Positions 12,601 to 24,018 of a stretch of 64,000 bases of DNA are shown here, one piece after another. Made by a program: the position numbers and the translations under genes. This DNA is from Octopus sinensis (taxonomy: Eukaryota): the NCBI RefSeq assembly GCF_006345805.1, contig NC_043000.1:21266001-21330000 (forward strand), read 5' to 3'. How positions within the stretch are numbered: the first letter of the stretch is position 1; each line of letters begins with the position of its first letter. A model generated the notes under the pieces. It did not search any database and had not been told where the DNA came from. It saw nothing but the letters and a program-made list of their open reading frames with translations.

Positions 12601-12842
12601 TCAGCATTTTTTTAAATATAAAAGAAGAAAGAATGATAACAAGTTTTATCAAAGCGTTAAGTAATTCTTAATTCAAAATTAAACATTAAAAAAAGCATGC
12701 TGAGATCATTTAAAAACAAAATTTCTTACGGCAAAAATGCTCATGGCAAAATTTCCTGTAACCCATGAAATTTTGATTCTGGTGTGAAGATGAAGGCTAC
12801 TTATTTCTCCATCTGAATAAAATGGAAACATACAGCTAAACG

Positions 12843-12893
<51 letters not shown>

Positions 12894-13186
12894 GCAAATG
12901 TAAATGTCAGTGGAGATGAACGTTGACTGCCCTGAGTTCATCTACCCTTTGACATATTTTCCCTTTCATCTTGCTGGATGCCCAAAATTACTCTCTTCTC
13001 CAAGCAAACTTGAAGAGCTTGGCGGTTTAATCGACGATAACCCGGCCATGCAACAGGCTATAGTGAGTTGCATATTATTAGTAGTACTCAAGAACAACCT
13101 CACTCTCCCTCTCCCCTCTCTCTCTCCCCCTCATACACACAAAGACACTCACACACACACATACACACACATTTATAAAAATGCAT

Positions 13187-13373
13187 GATTGCCTCCGCCT
13201 TAGCGAAGGTATTGTTTTCAGTTGTGTTTGTTTGTCCGTGAACAAGATATCTCAAGAACTACTGGATGGATTCTGATGAAACTTTCAGGGATGTTTGCCC
13301 TCGTGACTGGCACGAACTGATTAGATTTTTGGATCGATCCGGTACCGGACAAGGATTCTAGATTACAGGTCGA
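13187..13373 (+). mobile_element. Helentron-associated (HINE/DINE-1-like) non-autonomous element
   Basis: gattgcctccgccttagcgaagg...ttgtgtttgtttgtccgtg...ggattctgatgaaactt, with a 3' palindrome tccggtaccgga. Confidence 0.55.
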
Positions 13374-14549
13374 TCTGTAAAAAAACCGGCAGTAATTGAG
13401 TTTATTTTGCTTACCACATAACTGCTGACATGTGCTGTTTAGCAGATAGAAAGGTTGAGCCTAAAGATATGACATAAAGAGAAATAGTATGTTTACCTGC
13501 TGTTTTGTTGGGTTGTAAGTCGAACTATGCGTTGTGCTGCATTCTATGCAGCTGAGGAAGCATCTCTTGTAAGTCGATCTACGCGTTGTGCTGCATCCCC
13601 TGAATCTCGTGCAGTGGCAGTAGAGGAGGCATTTCTTTTTTGGCGTGCTGAACGTTGCTCGTTGCTCTGGGCGGCTCGTTGTACAGCACTACGTGCTAAC
13701 CGATCACAACGCTGCTCTTCACATTCCCTTCTTCGCGCTGAAGCCATCCTAAGTGCATTGAGAGAGTTCCTCCTGGCGACGTCCTCGACAGATTCATTTA
13801 CACGCATACGTTTACTTTTCTTTGCAGCATTTGTTTACCGACCTATATTGGATCTTTGCGTCCAGGCATGGTGGAAAATTATCAGTTTACGCAATAGAAA
13901 AAGTCCTAAGGAAAAAGCGGTTAATGCGTAGTACCCAAAAAATAGTAAAATGCAGTTGGCAAAAATGTTAATCAAACAGACCGAATTAAGGATTTTTAAT
14001 TTTGGATAAGAGATTTGAAGCGGCTAGTTTAAGTTGGAATAATTATATGAAAAAGAGCGCTCGCCTGAAAACAGAGGCAAATCGTAACTCGCAAATGAAT
14101 ACTGCTGGCAGTACTGTGCAAGCAGTCGGTAAGAGCTCGCCACCTAGCCCCTTGTGGGTAGTAAAGAAATAGATAAGAGCTCGCCACAGCTAACAAAGTA
14201 AAGTATTGATTTTTTCCAGCTCGGTGTGTGTCACATTTTTCGCTGGCTCAAGCCAAATCCTAGGCGAATTGAGAATAGTCTATTTATGTTAGGGGCGCGG
14301 AATTTCGAGGAGAAAATTATAAGAAAAATCGTTCTAAGTTAAAGAGAGCACACATGTCAAATTTGGTGAAATTCAGTTAAAAATTGTAGGAGTAGAAGTG
14401 GTTCAAACAAGACACACATAGACAACCTGCCTTTTGATATATAAGATCAAACACGTACCATTGCATAGTGGGTTCAAATCCTAGTCGAATTGAAGCGTAG
14501 AAGTGGTTCAAACAACACACACACACAACTTGTCTTTTACTATATAAGA
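13374..14549 (-). mobile_element. 5' remnant of an autonomous-type Helitron
   Basis: Two A|TCTTATATA 5' ends (14549, 14446). Frameshifted MPGRKRSNIGR*TNAAKKSKRMRVNESVE... with an R/A/E-rich low-complexity tract typical of Helitron RepHel N-termini. Confidence 0.7.
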
Positions 14550-14697
14550 TTGTTACTATTGTTGTTGTTGATTGTGGTAAAATATATGTAACATGCCGAG
14601 AATATGAAATAGGCAGTAAATAGGTAGAATATTTTGTATTTCAAGACGCAGAAGTTTCTCACAGCTTATCCACTCAACATGCTTGTTTTTACAAACT

Positions 14698-14743
<46 letters not shown>

Positions 14744-15656
14744 ACGTGCGCACGCACTCAGCTACGTACACACATCTCGTCTTCGTGTTTTCTTCAAATT
14801 AACTCTCAAATAAGTGTAAAGGCACGTTCTCCAACCCAGAAAAAAATGTGTGTACATCTAAAAGTAAGCGTGTATGTGTGTGTATACGCAAGTATGCTTT
14901 GTGTGCATTTACGTATATTTGTGCGTGTATATGTGTGGTGTGTGCGTGTGCGCGCGTGCGAGTGCGTGCATGTGCGTGCGTGTGTATATGTTAGACTAGA
15001 CTGAAAGCATTTACAAGCAGATATCAGTTCCTGTAGGCGACTATTCGAAAATACTGCAATTCTAAAATAGTCTTTTTTAATTCCTTACACTGATTGAGCA
15101 TATTTTATTGACATAAATGTACTTTAAAGCTACATTTGTACATAAATTCATACATAGAAATCTTCTTGGTAGACAGAGCTAAGTTCTATTGACAGATTAA
15201 ATTGGTCTCGGACGCCATTTGCATAAGAATTATACAGTTAGGAGAGCGAAAGTATATTTACCGATTAGAATATTAGACAGCTGAAATATATTCACATATA
15301 CAGCAGAAAAAAAAGGAAAATAATGTTGGATGATTCTTAATATCATTTATATCTTTTTATCGGCAAGTATAGGATAAAAACTTTGGGCAAATTTTCGTTC
15401 TTTTTTAAGGCTTTTCGCTGAAACGTAGCCTTTCTGTAATATGCGGGGTGTCAGCAAAGAGTAACTCGTTTGTGATTTGCTGAAGCATTAGCTAGCAAGC
15501 AGATATGGCCAATGTATCAGAGAGTTACCTTCCCTTGACTTAAGAGCTTTTATAACAAAGTGAAATTCGTGCGGTGTTGTACTTGCCAATAAAAAAGAAA
15601 TCCAGAAATATTATTTATTGACTACATTTTGTTTTCTTTTGCCAAACATACAAATG

Positions 15657-16090
15657 GGATCTTTTCGGTTTGAACTACAGTTTTTTTCTAGCGGTATCAT
15701 ATGAAATTGTCACCCATAATTATGACCCTGGTATCGATCTATTGCATTTCAATCTCTTTTAGTGTTAGGGTTAGTTAGGGTTAGGGTTAGGGGTGGGGGA
15801 AGGGTATTTTTTTTCTTCACAAATGTAAATAAACCCAATCTGTTTCTTAAACGAGGGACATATTCATACGGCACAGAATGTTTTTTACCTCTATATACGT
15901 CAGTGATTGATTGAAATTGCAGAAATTGAAGAAGAAAAAAACAACAAATATCTTACAAACTATAGAATTTTCTTAATAAAGCCAAGAGAAAAAGATGTTT
16001 TATAAACACATTCTACCAGTATACGAAGTTTAAAATTTTTTAGTTACGTGGGAATTATGTTAAAAACTGCCGTTCAAGCCGAAAAGATCC
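15657..16090. mobile_element. MITE with ~29-bp TIR (GGATCTTTTCGG...), copy 1
   Basis: TIRs at both ends; inverted homolog of 22315-22754; flanked by a 30-bp direct repeat. Confidence 0.9.
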
Positions 16091-16597
16091 TTTTGTTTTC
16101 TTTTGCCAAACATACAAATGTACATTAGCGTGTGCAAGAGAAAGAGAGAGAAAGAGAAAGGAGAGAGTGAAAAAAGAGAAAGAGAAAATGTGTGTGTGCA
16201 TGTGTGTGTACGAACAAATGAATACCATGTGAGCAGGGTTTTTTTCCCACACTCTCCTATACACAAACTTATATCAAACCGTTGTATTCATTCGATTATG
16301 TATTGTTAGTAATGTTGTTAGTATTGTTATCATAAGGTATTATCCAACCCATCCGTAAGTTCTAGGACATAAATTATGACATCATGCTACTTGAAGCGTG
16401 ACGTAAATGTTAAAATCAAGCTAGTTTAAGTACAATATAAATGGTTAATATTACACTCTTTTAAGTGCGATATAAATGGTTAGCATTAAGTTAAAGTGCG
16501 GCTGTTATTTAATTATTTATGCAGTTGGGGTACTAATTACACAGTTTTCTAAAGACTCATCAGAGACATGTAAACAGAAATATTTTCAATAATGTAC

Positions 16598-16662
16598 CAT
16601 TAAGCAATCACTAAAGATAAGGACATGGATTTCTATGTCGTTGCCAAAGCTGCATTGTAACC
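16598..16662 (-). CDS. Candidate exon of unidentified gene (LQCSFGNDIEIHVLIFSDCLM)
   Basis: cag| acceptor and |gtacat donor, phase 1 to 0; PH-domain-like HVLIFSDCL motif. No transcript evidence. Confidence 0.4.
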
Positions 16663-16890
16663 CTGACAATGTTACACACACACACAAATATACACAAACA
16701 CACACATACACACACACATACATACATACACACACACATACATACACACACACATACATACATACATACATACATACATACATACATACATACATACATG
16801 CATACATACACACACACATACATACATACATACATACATACATACATACATACATACATACACACACACATACATACATACATACATACA

Positions 16891-16917
<27 letters not shown>

Positions 16918-16921
<4 letters not shown>

Positions 16922-16991
16922 GGTGGCTGCCCCCTCGTTATCGAGTATGGCCATTGCACGAAGCTTAATCAATGTTGTTATCATGCAATGC
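16918..16991 (-). CDS. Candidate exon (HCMITTLIKLRAMAILDNEGAATI)
   Basis: tcttcttgtacag| acceptor and |gtatgt donor, phase 2 to 1; the donor overlaps a microsatellite. Confidence 0.3.
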
Positions 16992-17104
16992 CTGTACAAG
17001 AAGATTTTTTTTAAAGTGAGGAAAGGCTGTGCACTGATTCAATCCCACTCACTAAGCAACAACAGCCATAATCCGAAAAGAAGAACAAGTCAACATCATC
17101 GGTA

Positions 17105-17480
17105 ACCACTGAGCCGCAGGTTTTATGTCGGAGTTATCCCAGTTACCTGAGTTACCTTCTCCTAGAAGGATGCCCTAACAAAGGCTAGGAGTCCTTCACT
17201 CCCAATGGTTTAACCGCGCGATCGGGTATTCAGTCCGATTATTTCTATGTCCCCGCGCATGATACAGCCTTAAGACATTTATTGGATGGCCGTTGACTTT
17301 CAAGAGTTCCTCCGCCCTTTGACGACTTTTATTTTTTCATCCCTCAGGGTGCCCAATAAACACCCTCCTCACCAAGCAAGCTTGGTGGGGTTGCCGGTTT
17401 AGTCGCCGACGACCCGACCATGCAACAGGTTGTACTGGGCTACATGTTACCAGTAGCACTCGAAAGTGACCTGACATCAC
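17105..17480 (-). mobile_element. RTE-type 5' leader fragment
   Basis: Contains ctagcctttgttagggcatccttctaggagaaggtaactc, an RTE 5' UTR-like motif. An older copy lies at ~12908-13080, upstream of the RTE RT remnant. Confidence 0.55.
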
Positions 17481-17509
17481 ATACATACATACATACATAC
17501 ATACATACA

Positions 17510-17542
<33 letters not shown>

Positions 17543-17739
17543 TTGAGCGGGTACCAGACAAAACATTAATTGTATGCATGGCAATAAAGGTTTGTTTTCT
17601 AGCTATATGATTTCGTTTTTTCAATCCTACAACGAGACGCCTTTGGCATGTCTAGGAACAACCTGTGGGTAAAATTTAGTGCACGGAAGCAGTGTAGAAG
17701 CCCGTTGGAAGGAGCATTCATGCTTTAGGAATGGCAGAT

Positions 17740-18063
17740 TTAACATGATTACGGAGATGTACTTGCATAGCAAGTGACCTATCTGAGATCGTGTGCTGGA
17801 ACGAAAACAATTGCAGCGTGGAAGGTATTTATAAGCCATTTAAGAAACACACAAAAACCGTTAGATTTACTTCAACATTTAAATTTAATTTGTCAAAATA
17901 TTTTCGTCGCTTTCAGACTGACAAAATTTTGTGCTGCTTTTGTCAGTGAACAGGTCGCGATCTCAAAGCGACAAATATATTTTGACAATTTAAATTTAAA
18001 TGTTGAAGTGAATCTAACGGTTTTTGTGTGTTTCTTAAATGGCTTATAAGCACCTTCCACGCT
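17740..18063. mobile_element. Foldback/long-TIR MITE, copy 1
   Basis: ~100-bp inverted arms at 17816-17912 and 17964-18063; homologous to 32928-33240. Confidence 0.8.
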
Positions 18064-18689
18064 GAGATATAATATGTTATTTAGCTTAACTACCACCACA
18101 TGGCCTTTGAATGTCCTTGGAGAAGTCCACTTGTTACAAGCATTTAGAGCTAGTCTCTGATCTGAGGGTAACTTTTTTCCTTTCTTCCACTGGTCTCGTG
18201 ACCCCTGAAAAGCTAACAGCTCTAACTTTTCCACTCTTCTATCTAAAAAAATATTGTAAATTATATGCAATGATATACACAGCACAAGTACTGCGTAATA
18301 GCCATGATATATATGGAGAATGTTTCGATATATCATAGTGGCGATTTTAAGATAGAATGATAGAGATGTGTTTCTTATCCACCTTTCTCCCTACCATCTA
18401 ATACAAAATAACAGACGTAAGCTCTAATATACCATAGAATATCAAACAAAATGCCTTGCGATATTTAGTTACGGTTTTTAAGCTCTGAGTTCAAATCCAA
18501 CTGTGGTTAATGTTTCCTGTCATCCTTCCGATTTCGGTAAAATATAGTACCAGTAAAACATTGCGATTGATATACCCGACTGCTCCCTGCCGACAATTGT
18601 GTAGCCATTATCTACGTAAGAAATCTATATATTTCTTGAGCTTGGATGTTCTGAATCAGTAGATCGTTTTTTAATTTATGAGATACATA

Positions 18690-18890
18690 AAGCGGCGAGC
18701 TGGAAAAATCGTTAGCGCACCGGACAAAAATGCTTAGTGGCATTTTGTCTACCTTTACGTTCTGAGTTCAAATTCCGCCACGGTTGACTTTGCCTTTCAT
18801 CTTTTCGGCGTCGATAAAATAAGTACCTGTTGAGGACTGGGATTGATGTAATCGACTCACCCCTTTTATACCAAAAATTTGAAACCAATA
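18690..18890 (+). mobile_element. SINE family A variant
   Basis: gcggcgagctgg...gttctgagttcaaattccgcc...gtcgataaaataagtacc. Confidence 0.8.
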
Positions 18891-19449
18891 TATGAGATAT
18901 ATTTTGGCTTTCTTGTTAACAATGATTGCTACACAAATTATAAAAGAAAGAACGGTTGTACATTTAACGAGGAATAGACAAACAAACATCTATTTGGAAA
19001 TGTTAAAAATAAAGCAGTGTGTCTAATAACCAAGACAATGTTTGTTTTGAGAAATATTATTCGAAGAGAACTTTTCAAACTATAACCAAGAACCTTTATG
19101 AAAATGTGAATTCCAGCGAAAAGTCAATGATACATGTTAAGAAGTTTAAAACAACAAACATTTTTGTAAAAGAAACAACCGCACAAGAAGCCGCCATAAA
19201 GACCAGATTTATGCTTGTTTATTAAATTGTAAGATCACAACAAATTGGTTTCTGAAACAGAATTTTAAAAATATTTTTTAGCTTAATGCTGTTGATATTG
19301 TGGATTCAGAATTTAAACTATATATTTTCTATGGAGAACTGTAATTCATCGTATCCGTGCTTAGCCACTGAACGACGTCGATAAAAAAAAAGTAACGGTC
19401 AAGTTCTGGTGTCCTTCAAATATCTCCCGTCAAAAGTATTGACTGGGTG

Positions 19450-19880
19450 CTAGGCGAACTGGTAGAATCATTAGTGTGTCGAACAAAATGATTAGGGACT
19501 TAGTAGTATTTCGTCTGCCGCTACGTTCTGAGTTCAAATTCCGCTGAGGTCAACTTTGCTTTTCACCCTTTCGGGGTCGATTAAATAAGTACCAGTTACG
19601 CACTGGGATCGATATAATCGACTTAATCCGTTTGTCTGTCCTTGTTTGTCCTCTCTGTATTTAGCCCCTTGTGGGTAGTAAATAAATAGAAATAGGTATT
19701 TCGTCTGCTGTTACGTTCTGAGTTCAAATTCCGCCGAGGTCGACTTTGCCTTTCATCCTTTCGAGGTCGATAAATTAAGTACCAGTTATTCACTGGCGTC
19801 GATGTAATCGACTTAATCCATTTGTCTGTCCCTGTTTGTCCCCTCTATGTTTAGCCCCTTGTGGGCAATAAAGAAATAAG
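19450..19880 (+). mobile_element. SINE family A with tandemly repeated 3' body
   Basis: The tail gaaata is joined to the internal ggtatttcgtct at ~19695. Confidence 0.85.
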
Positions 19881-20193
19881 AATAAAGTACCAGGCTGAAA
19901 AAAATATAAGTTTTAGGATCGATCCGTTCGGCTAAATATACTCCAAGGTGGTGCTGCAGAATCGCCGCAGTCTAATGAATGAAACAAACGATAAAAGATG
20001 CAAGAATAGAGCTATAAAAAATGACATATTTTTCATCTTAAATCAAATGACAAAGGAAAGGATTGAAATGAATAAGAAAGAACGAATGAATTTATCTAAC
20101 AACACAATATATGCGCGAATTGCGTAGGTGATATTCCATTTATAACATCAAATCCCTTAGAAACATCACACACGTCACTAGATCCAGCCTCAC

Positions 20194-20217
20194 CTATTTA
20201 CGACATCATGATGAGAC
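20194..20217 (-). CDS. Candidate 24-nt micro-exon (W-SHHDVVN)
   Basis: Pyrimidine-rich acceptor ttcttcatactacctataag| and donor |gtgagg; phase 2 to 2, fits the upstream exon. Confidence 0.4.
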
Positions 20218-20407
20218 CTTATAGGTAGTATGAAGAATATGAAGAGATCGACATTTTGATAAACGTGAGAGAAAAGTTAAAAGTTATCTTGTAATAAGTA
20301 AGTACTATAGCGGTCATTTTGTAGAAATCATAATAGTGGCGACTAGACTGCGAGAGATAACAATACCGTTTGATTCAAATATGAGAGAAATTAAGAATGA
20401 TAGAGTG

Positions 20408-20454
<47 letters not shown>

Positions 20455-21149
20455 AGAAGAAGAGAAGAAGAAGAAGAAGAAGAAGAAGAAGAAGAGAAGA
20501 AGAAGAAGAAATGAACTAAAGATAAATTATTGACGGGTCCATAAATAACTACAGTAAATATTCGTTTTCCAAACAAAAACGTTACAAGATAATGGACGTA
20601 AATAGTTCTACATTGTCCTATATATATTGTGGAATAGAAGCCATCCCAGAAGAGAAAAACTAATCAATGAAATTGGCTTCTAAAGTCTTGGATTTACAAG
20701 AATATAGTAAAATGGACACGGGTTGAACGAAAGCTATATTAGTTAGGTCAATAGTATAAAGTGCAATTATGGCCAGTCACGAACGATGGTCAAGATGTGA
20801 GCATTAATTATTCAAAACTGAAAAGGGATAGGGATCTGGGCATTTTCTTCGACGTAGGTATAATACAGAAGAATAAGAAATGTGTGCAGTGAAATATTTG
20901 TTATATTGCAAAATTGTTTAAGGTCAAGGGGTCCATTTATTTACACTTTGGGAAAGGAATGTGTGTTACAACTACTTATTTCAACGTTTCTTCAAAAATC
21001 TCAAGTTTAATGTCTACGTGGAACAATCAATACTTGTAATTAGAAAACATAAACTCCCCATTTCTATTTAAACATCACATAAATTTCGGGTGCGGTCCCA
21101 GGAATTTTTTCGAAGGGAAGGTACAAGGTCAGATAGGAATACATATTTC

Positions 21150-21368
21150 TTTACTACCGACAAGGGGCCAAACATAGAGAGGACAAACAAGGACAGACAA
21201 ACGGATTAAGTCGATTATATCGACCCCCAGTGCGTAACTGGTACTTATTTAATTGACCCCGAAAGGCAAAGTCGACCTCGGCGGAATTTGAACTCAGAAC
21301 GTAGCGGCAGACGAAATACTGCTAAGCATTTCGCCCGGCGTGCTAACGTTTCTGCCAGCTCGCCGCCT
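21150..21368 (-). mobile_element. SINE family A inserted in a MITE-like element (~21085-21500, related to 29659-29790)
   Basis: ~14-bp imperfect TSD cagat(a/g)ggaataca. The host sequence matches the reverse complement of ~29700-29790. Confidence 0.85.
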
Positions 21369-22080
21369 TTGCCAGATGGGAATACAATTCCAGGAGAAAA
21401 GGGCGTAATAACATTATTTAGAAGGGTGCACTTCTTTTCTTGAGGGAGTAGGGCACGTTCCCCTCAACCACCCCTCTTGAGTTCACCCCCACCCCCGAGT
21501 TTTTATTATTTAGTTGCGACAAATGACTTCACTGACATACTGTATATCTTGAACATTTTTATGTAAACTTGACGGGGCCCCACTGAAGTTGTACTGCCCG
21601 GGGCAGCCTTTGAGTTTGCTCAAGCCTCCGGGAGCCCCAAGCTTATACAGATCTAAAAGCGGAGCCCATCCCTTTCTGGATCTAACTACAGACGATTTCT
21701 TCCAAAAAGAAGTAGAGTGACAAAGCGAAAAGAAGAACTAACACCCGTTCCGGATTGGTAGTTTATTTATCGGCCCTAAAATAATGAAAACTAAAGCTGA
21801 CTCGGAGAAATTTGAACGTATAACGCCGGCAGCCGGAATAAATAATGCAACGTTTCTCTGTACGATGCCCGATTAAACTCAGCAAGCTAGATATAATGAC
21901 AAAATGATGGCAAACTCAGTAAGTTAGACATGATGACAAAATGTGATATATTGATGGGTGAGGAAGAAAAGGGAATTGTAATGGTGTTCATTCCTTTTGT
22001 AAGAGTACTAAAGGTTTAATCGACATGGTTTCAGTTGAAAATCGAAACCGGATTACAGGATCGTTTTTCCCTAAACTTAC

Positions 22081-22151
22081 CACTGCACTACGGCCCCTTC
22101 CAGAATTACCTCACGCGTGACATCCACAGATTCCATATAGTCGACTAAATG
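22081..22151 (-). CDS. Duplicated 71-nt exon, distal copy (HLVDYMESVDVTREVILEGAVVQ)
   Basis: ctcttaattccag| acceptor and |gtaagt donor; open only in frame 0. Confidence 0.55.
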
Positions 22152-22314
22152 CTGGAATTAAGAGATTGTAAAATGATGAATTTAAATTCTGCTTAATAAC
22201 GGTTCTTACTACAGAAAATGAATCCCACATAGCTTATTGAATCTTGTTCTTGAAAATTAGATATTTTCAATTCACGTGGTTTCAGCTGAAAATCGAAACC
22301 GGATTACAGGATCG

Positions 22315-22754
22315 GGATCTTTTCGGTTTGAACGGCAGTTTTTAGCATAATTTCTAGGTAACTAAAAAATTTTAAACTTCGTATACTGGTAGAATGTGTT
22401 TATAAAACATCTTTTTCTCTTGGCTTTATTGAGAAAATTCTATAGTTTGTAAGATATTTGTGTTTTTTTTTCTTCAATTTCTGCAAGTTCAACCAATCAC
22501 TGACGTCCATTGAGGTAAACAACATTCTGTGCCGTATGAATATGTCCCTCGTTTAAGAAACAGATTGGGTTTATTTACATTTGTGAAGAAAAAAAAGATA
22601 CCCTTCCCCCCACCCCTAACCCTAACCCTAACCCTAACTAACCCTAACCCTAAAATAGATTGAAATGCAATAGATCGATACTAGCGTCATAATTATGGGT
22701 GACAATTTCATATGACACCGCTAGAAAAAACTGCCGTTCAAACCGAAAAGATCC
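22315..22754. mobile_element. MITE copy 2, perfect 29-bp TIR, 8-bp TSD (Merlin- or hAT-like)
   Basis: TSD caggatcg at 22307-22314 and 22755-22762. GG termini with an 8-bp TSD fit Merlin/IS1016; internal (CCCTAA)n. Confidence 0.9.
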
Positions 22755-22779
22755 CAGGATCGTTTTCCCATAAACTTAC

Positions 22780-22850
22780 CACTGCACTACGGCCCCTTCA
22801 AGAATTACCTCACGCGTGACATCCACAGATTTCATATAGTCGACGAAATG
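22780..22850 (-). CDS. Duplicated 71-nt exon, proximal copy (HFVDYMKSVDVTREVILEGAVVQ)
   Basis: Same acceptor and |gtaagt donor as the distal copy; phase 0 to 2. Confidence 0.55.
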
Positions 22851-23090
22851 CTGGAATTAAGAGATTGTAAAATGATGAATTTAAATTCTGCTTAATAACT
22901 GTTCTTACTACAGAAAATGAATCCCACACAGCTTATTGAATCTTGTTCTTGAAAATTAGATATTTGTTCAGCAGAGATCGATACAAGCAGCAACATATTC
23001 TTCTCGTGCTCTACAACAAAACGGAGGCTCCGATGACGACGACCGACTATAAATGGCGACCGTCCTATCTTTCAAAATAGATATAATTAC

Positions 23091-23209
23091 TTTCATGTAA
23101 CGAATTAGGGTACGATCTTGAAACGGATATAAATCAAAACTATGCTTCAAAATATTCTTTCTATATTCATTCATCATGGCCGCCAGTTTCTTTGAATCAT
23201 CTGCTACAT
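23091..23209 (-). CDS. Candidate exon (VADDSKKLAAMMNEYRKNILKHSFDLYPFQDRTLIRYMK)
   Basis: Open frame ending at aaa|gtaatt. The acceptor is weak (aataag| or gtagcag|), or this is a first exon starting at gcggccATG. Confidence 0.5.
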
Positions 23210-23861
23210 CTTATTCAGCAAATAACTCCACTGATAGTTAGCTATTGATTAATGCCTTATCTCTCACTCATTTTATTTTATTTTATATTTATCCACCCAA
23301 TATATTATTTCTCTCTCTCTCTCTCTCTCCCTCTCTCACCCTTTCCGTCTCTCTCTCCCTCTCTCACGTTTCACTTTATTTCTATCCTTTATCATCGACT
23401 ACTACATTATTATGCCTTGTGAAATAGGTTAAAGAGTATTTTATTTATATGTTATGCATGCATACATACATACATACATACATACATACATACATACATA
23501 CATACATACATACATACATACATACATACATACATACATACATACATACGCACACATACACACGCGCTCATTGGCGAATTTGTAGAATCCTTATTTCGAA
23601 TTATAGGAAAATAAGAAGTCTACCGACTATGGAGCCAGAATAATCGTGTCGTGATAATTATTCCGGCTTTATGTTCTGTGTTCGAACCTTGCTGAGGTTA
23701 CCTTTGCTTTTTCGGAAACGATAAAATAAGTACCATCCCAATGCGGTTGATTGAGAAAATTGACCTTCTGAGTGCGGAAACACTCTTGTATAAAAAAAAA
23801 AATACCGGAAAGTAACGGGTACAAAGCTTAGTATTCTTCCAAGAAAATTCCATGACATTTA

Positions 23862-24018
23862 TAGGCGCAGGAGTGGCTGTGTGGTAAGTAGCCTGCTTAC
23901 CAACCACATGTTTCCGGATTCAGTCTCACTGTGTGGCACCTTGGGCAAGTGTCTTCTATTATAGCCTCGAGCCGACCAAAGCCGTGTGAGTGGATTTGGT
24001 AGACGGAAACTGAAAGAA
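23862..24018 (+). mobile_element. SINE family B 5' half
   Basis: ggcgcaggagtggctgtgtggtaag...ggtagacggaaactgaaagaa. Confidence 0.85.

Noticed and set aside
13527-13931. Plus-strand 134-aa ORF
   Set aside because: It is the antisense shadow of the Helitron N-terminal frame.
18100-18242. Coding-looking segment RRVEKLELLAFQGSRDQW... after a good acceptor
   Set aside because: Open only in phase 1, which does not fit the upstream phase-2 exon, and the donor is unclear. It remains a possible missed exon.
22605-22650. Telomere or chromosome-fusion scar
   Set aside because: Only a few repeats, internal to a MITE and present in both copies.
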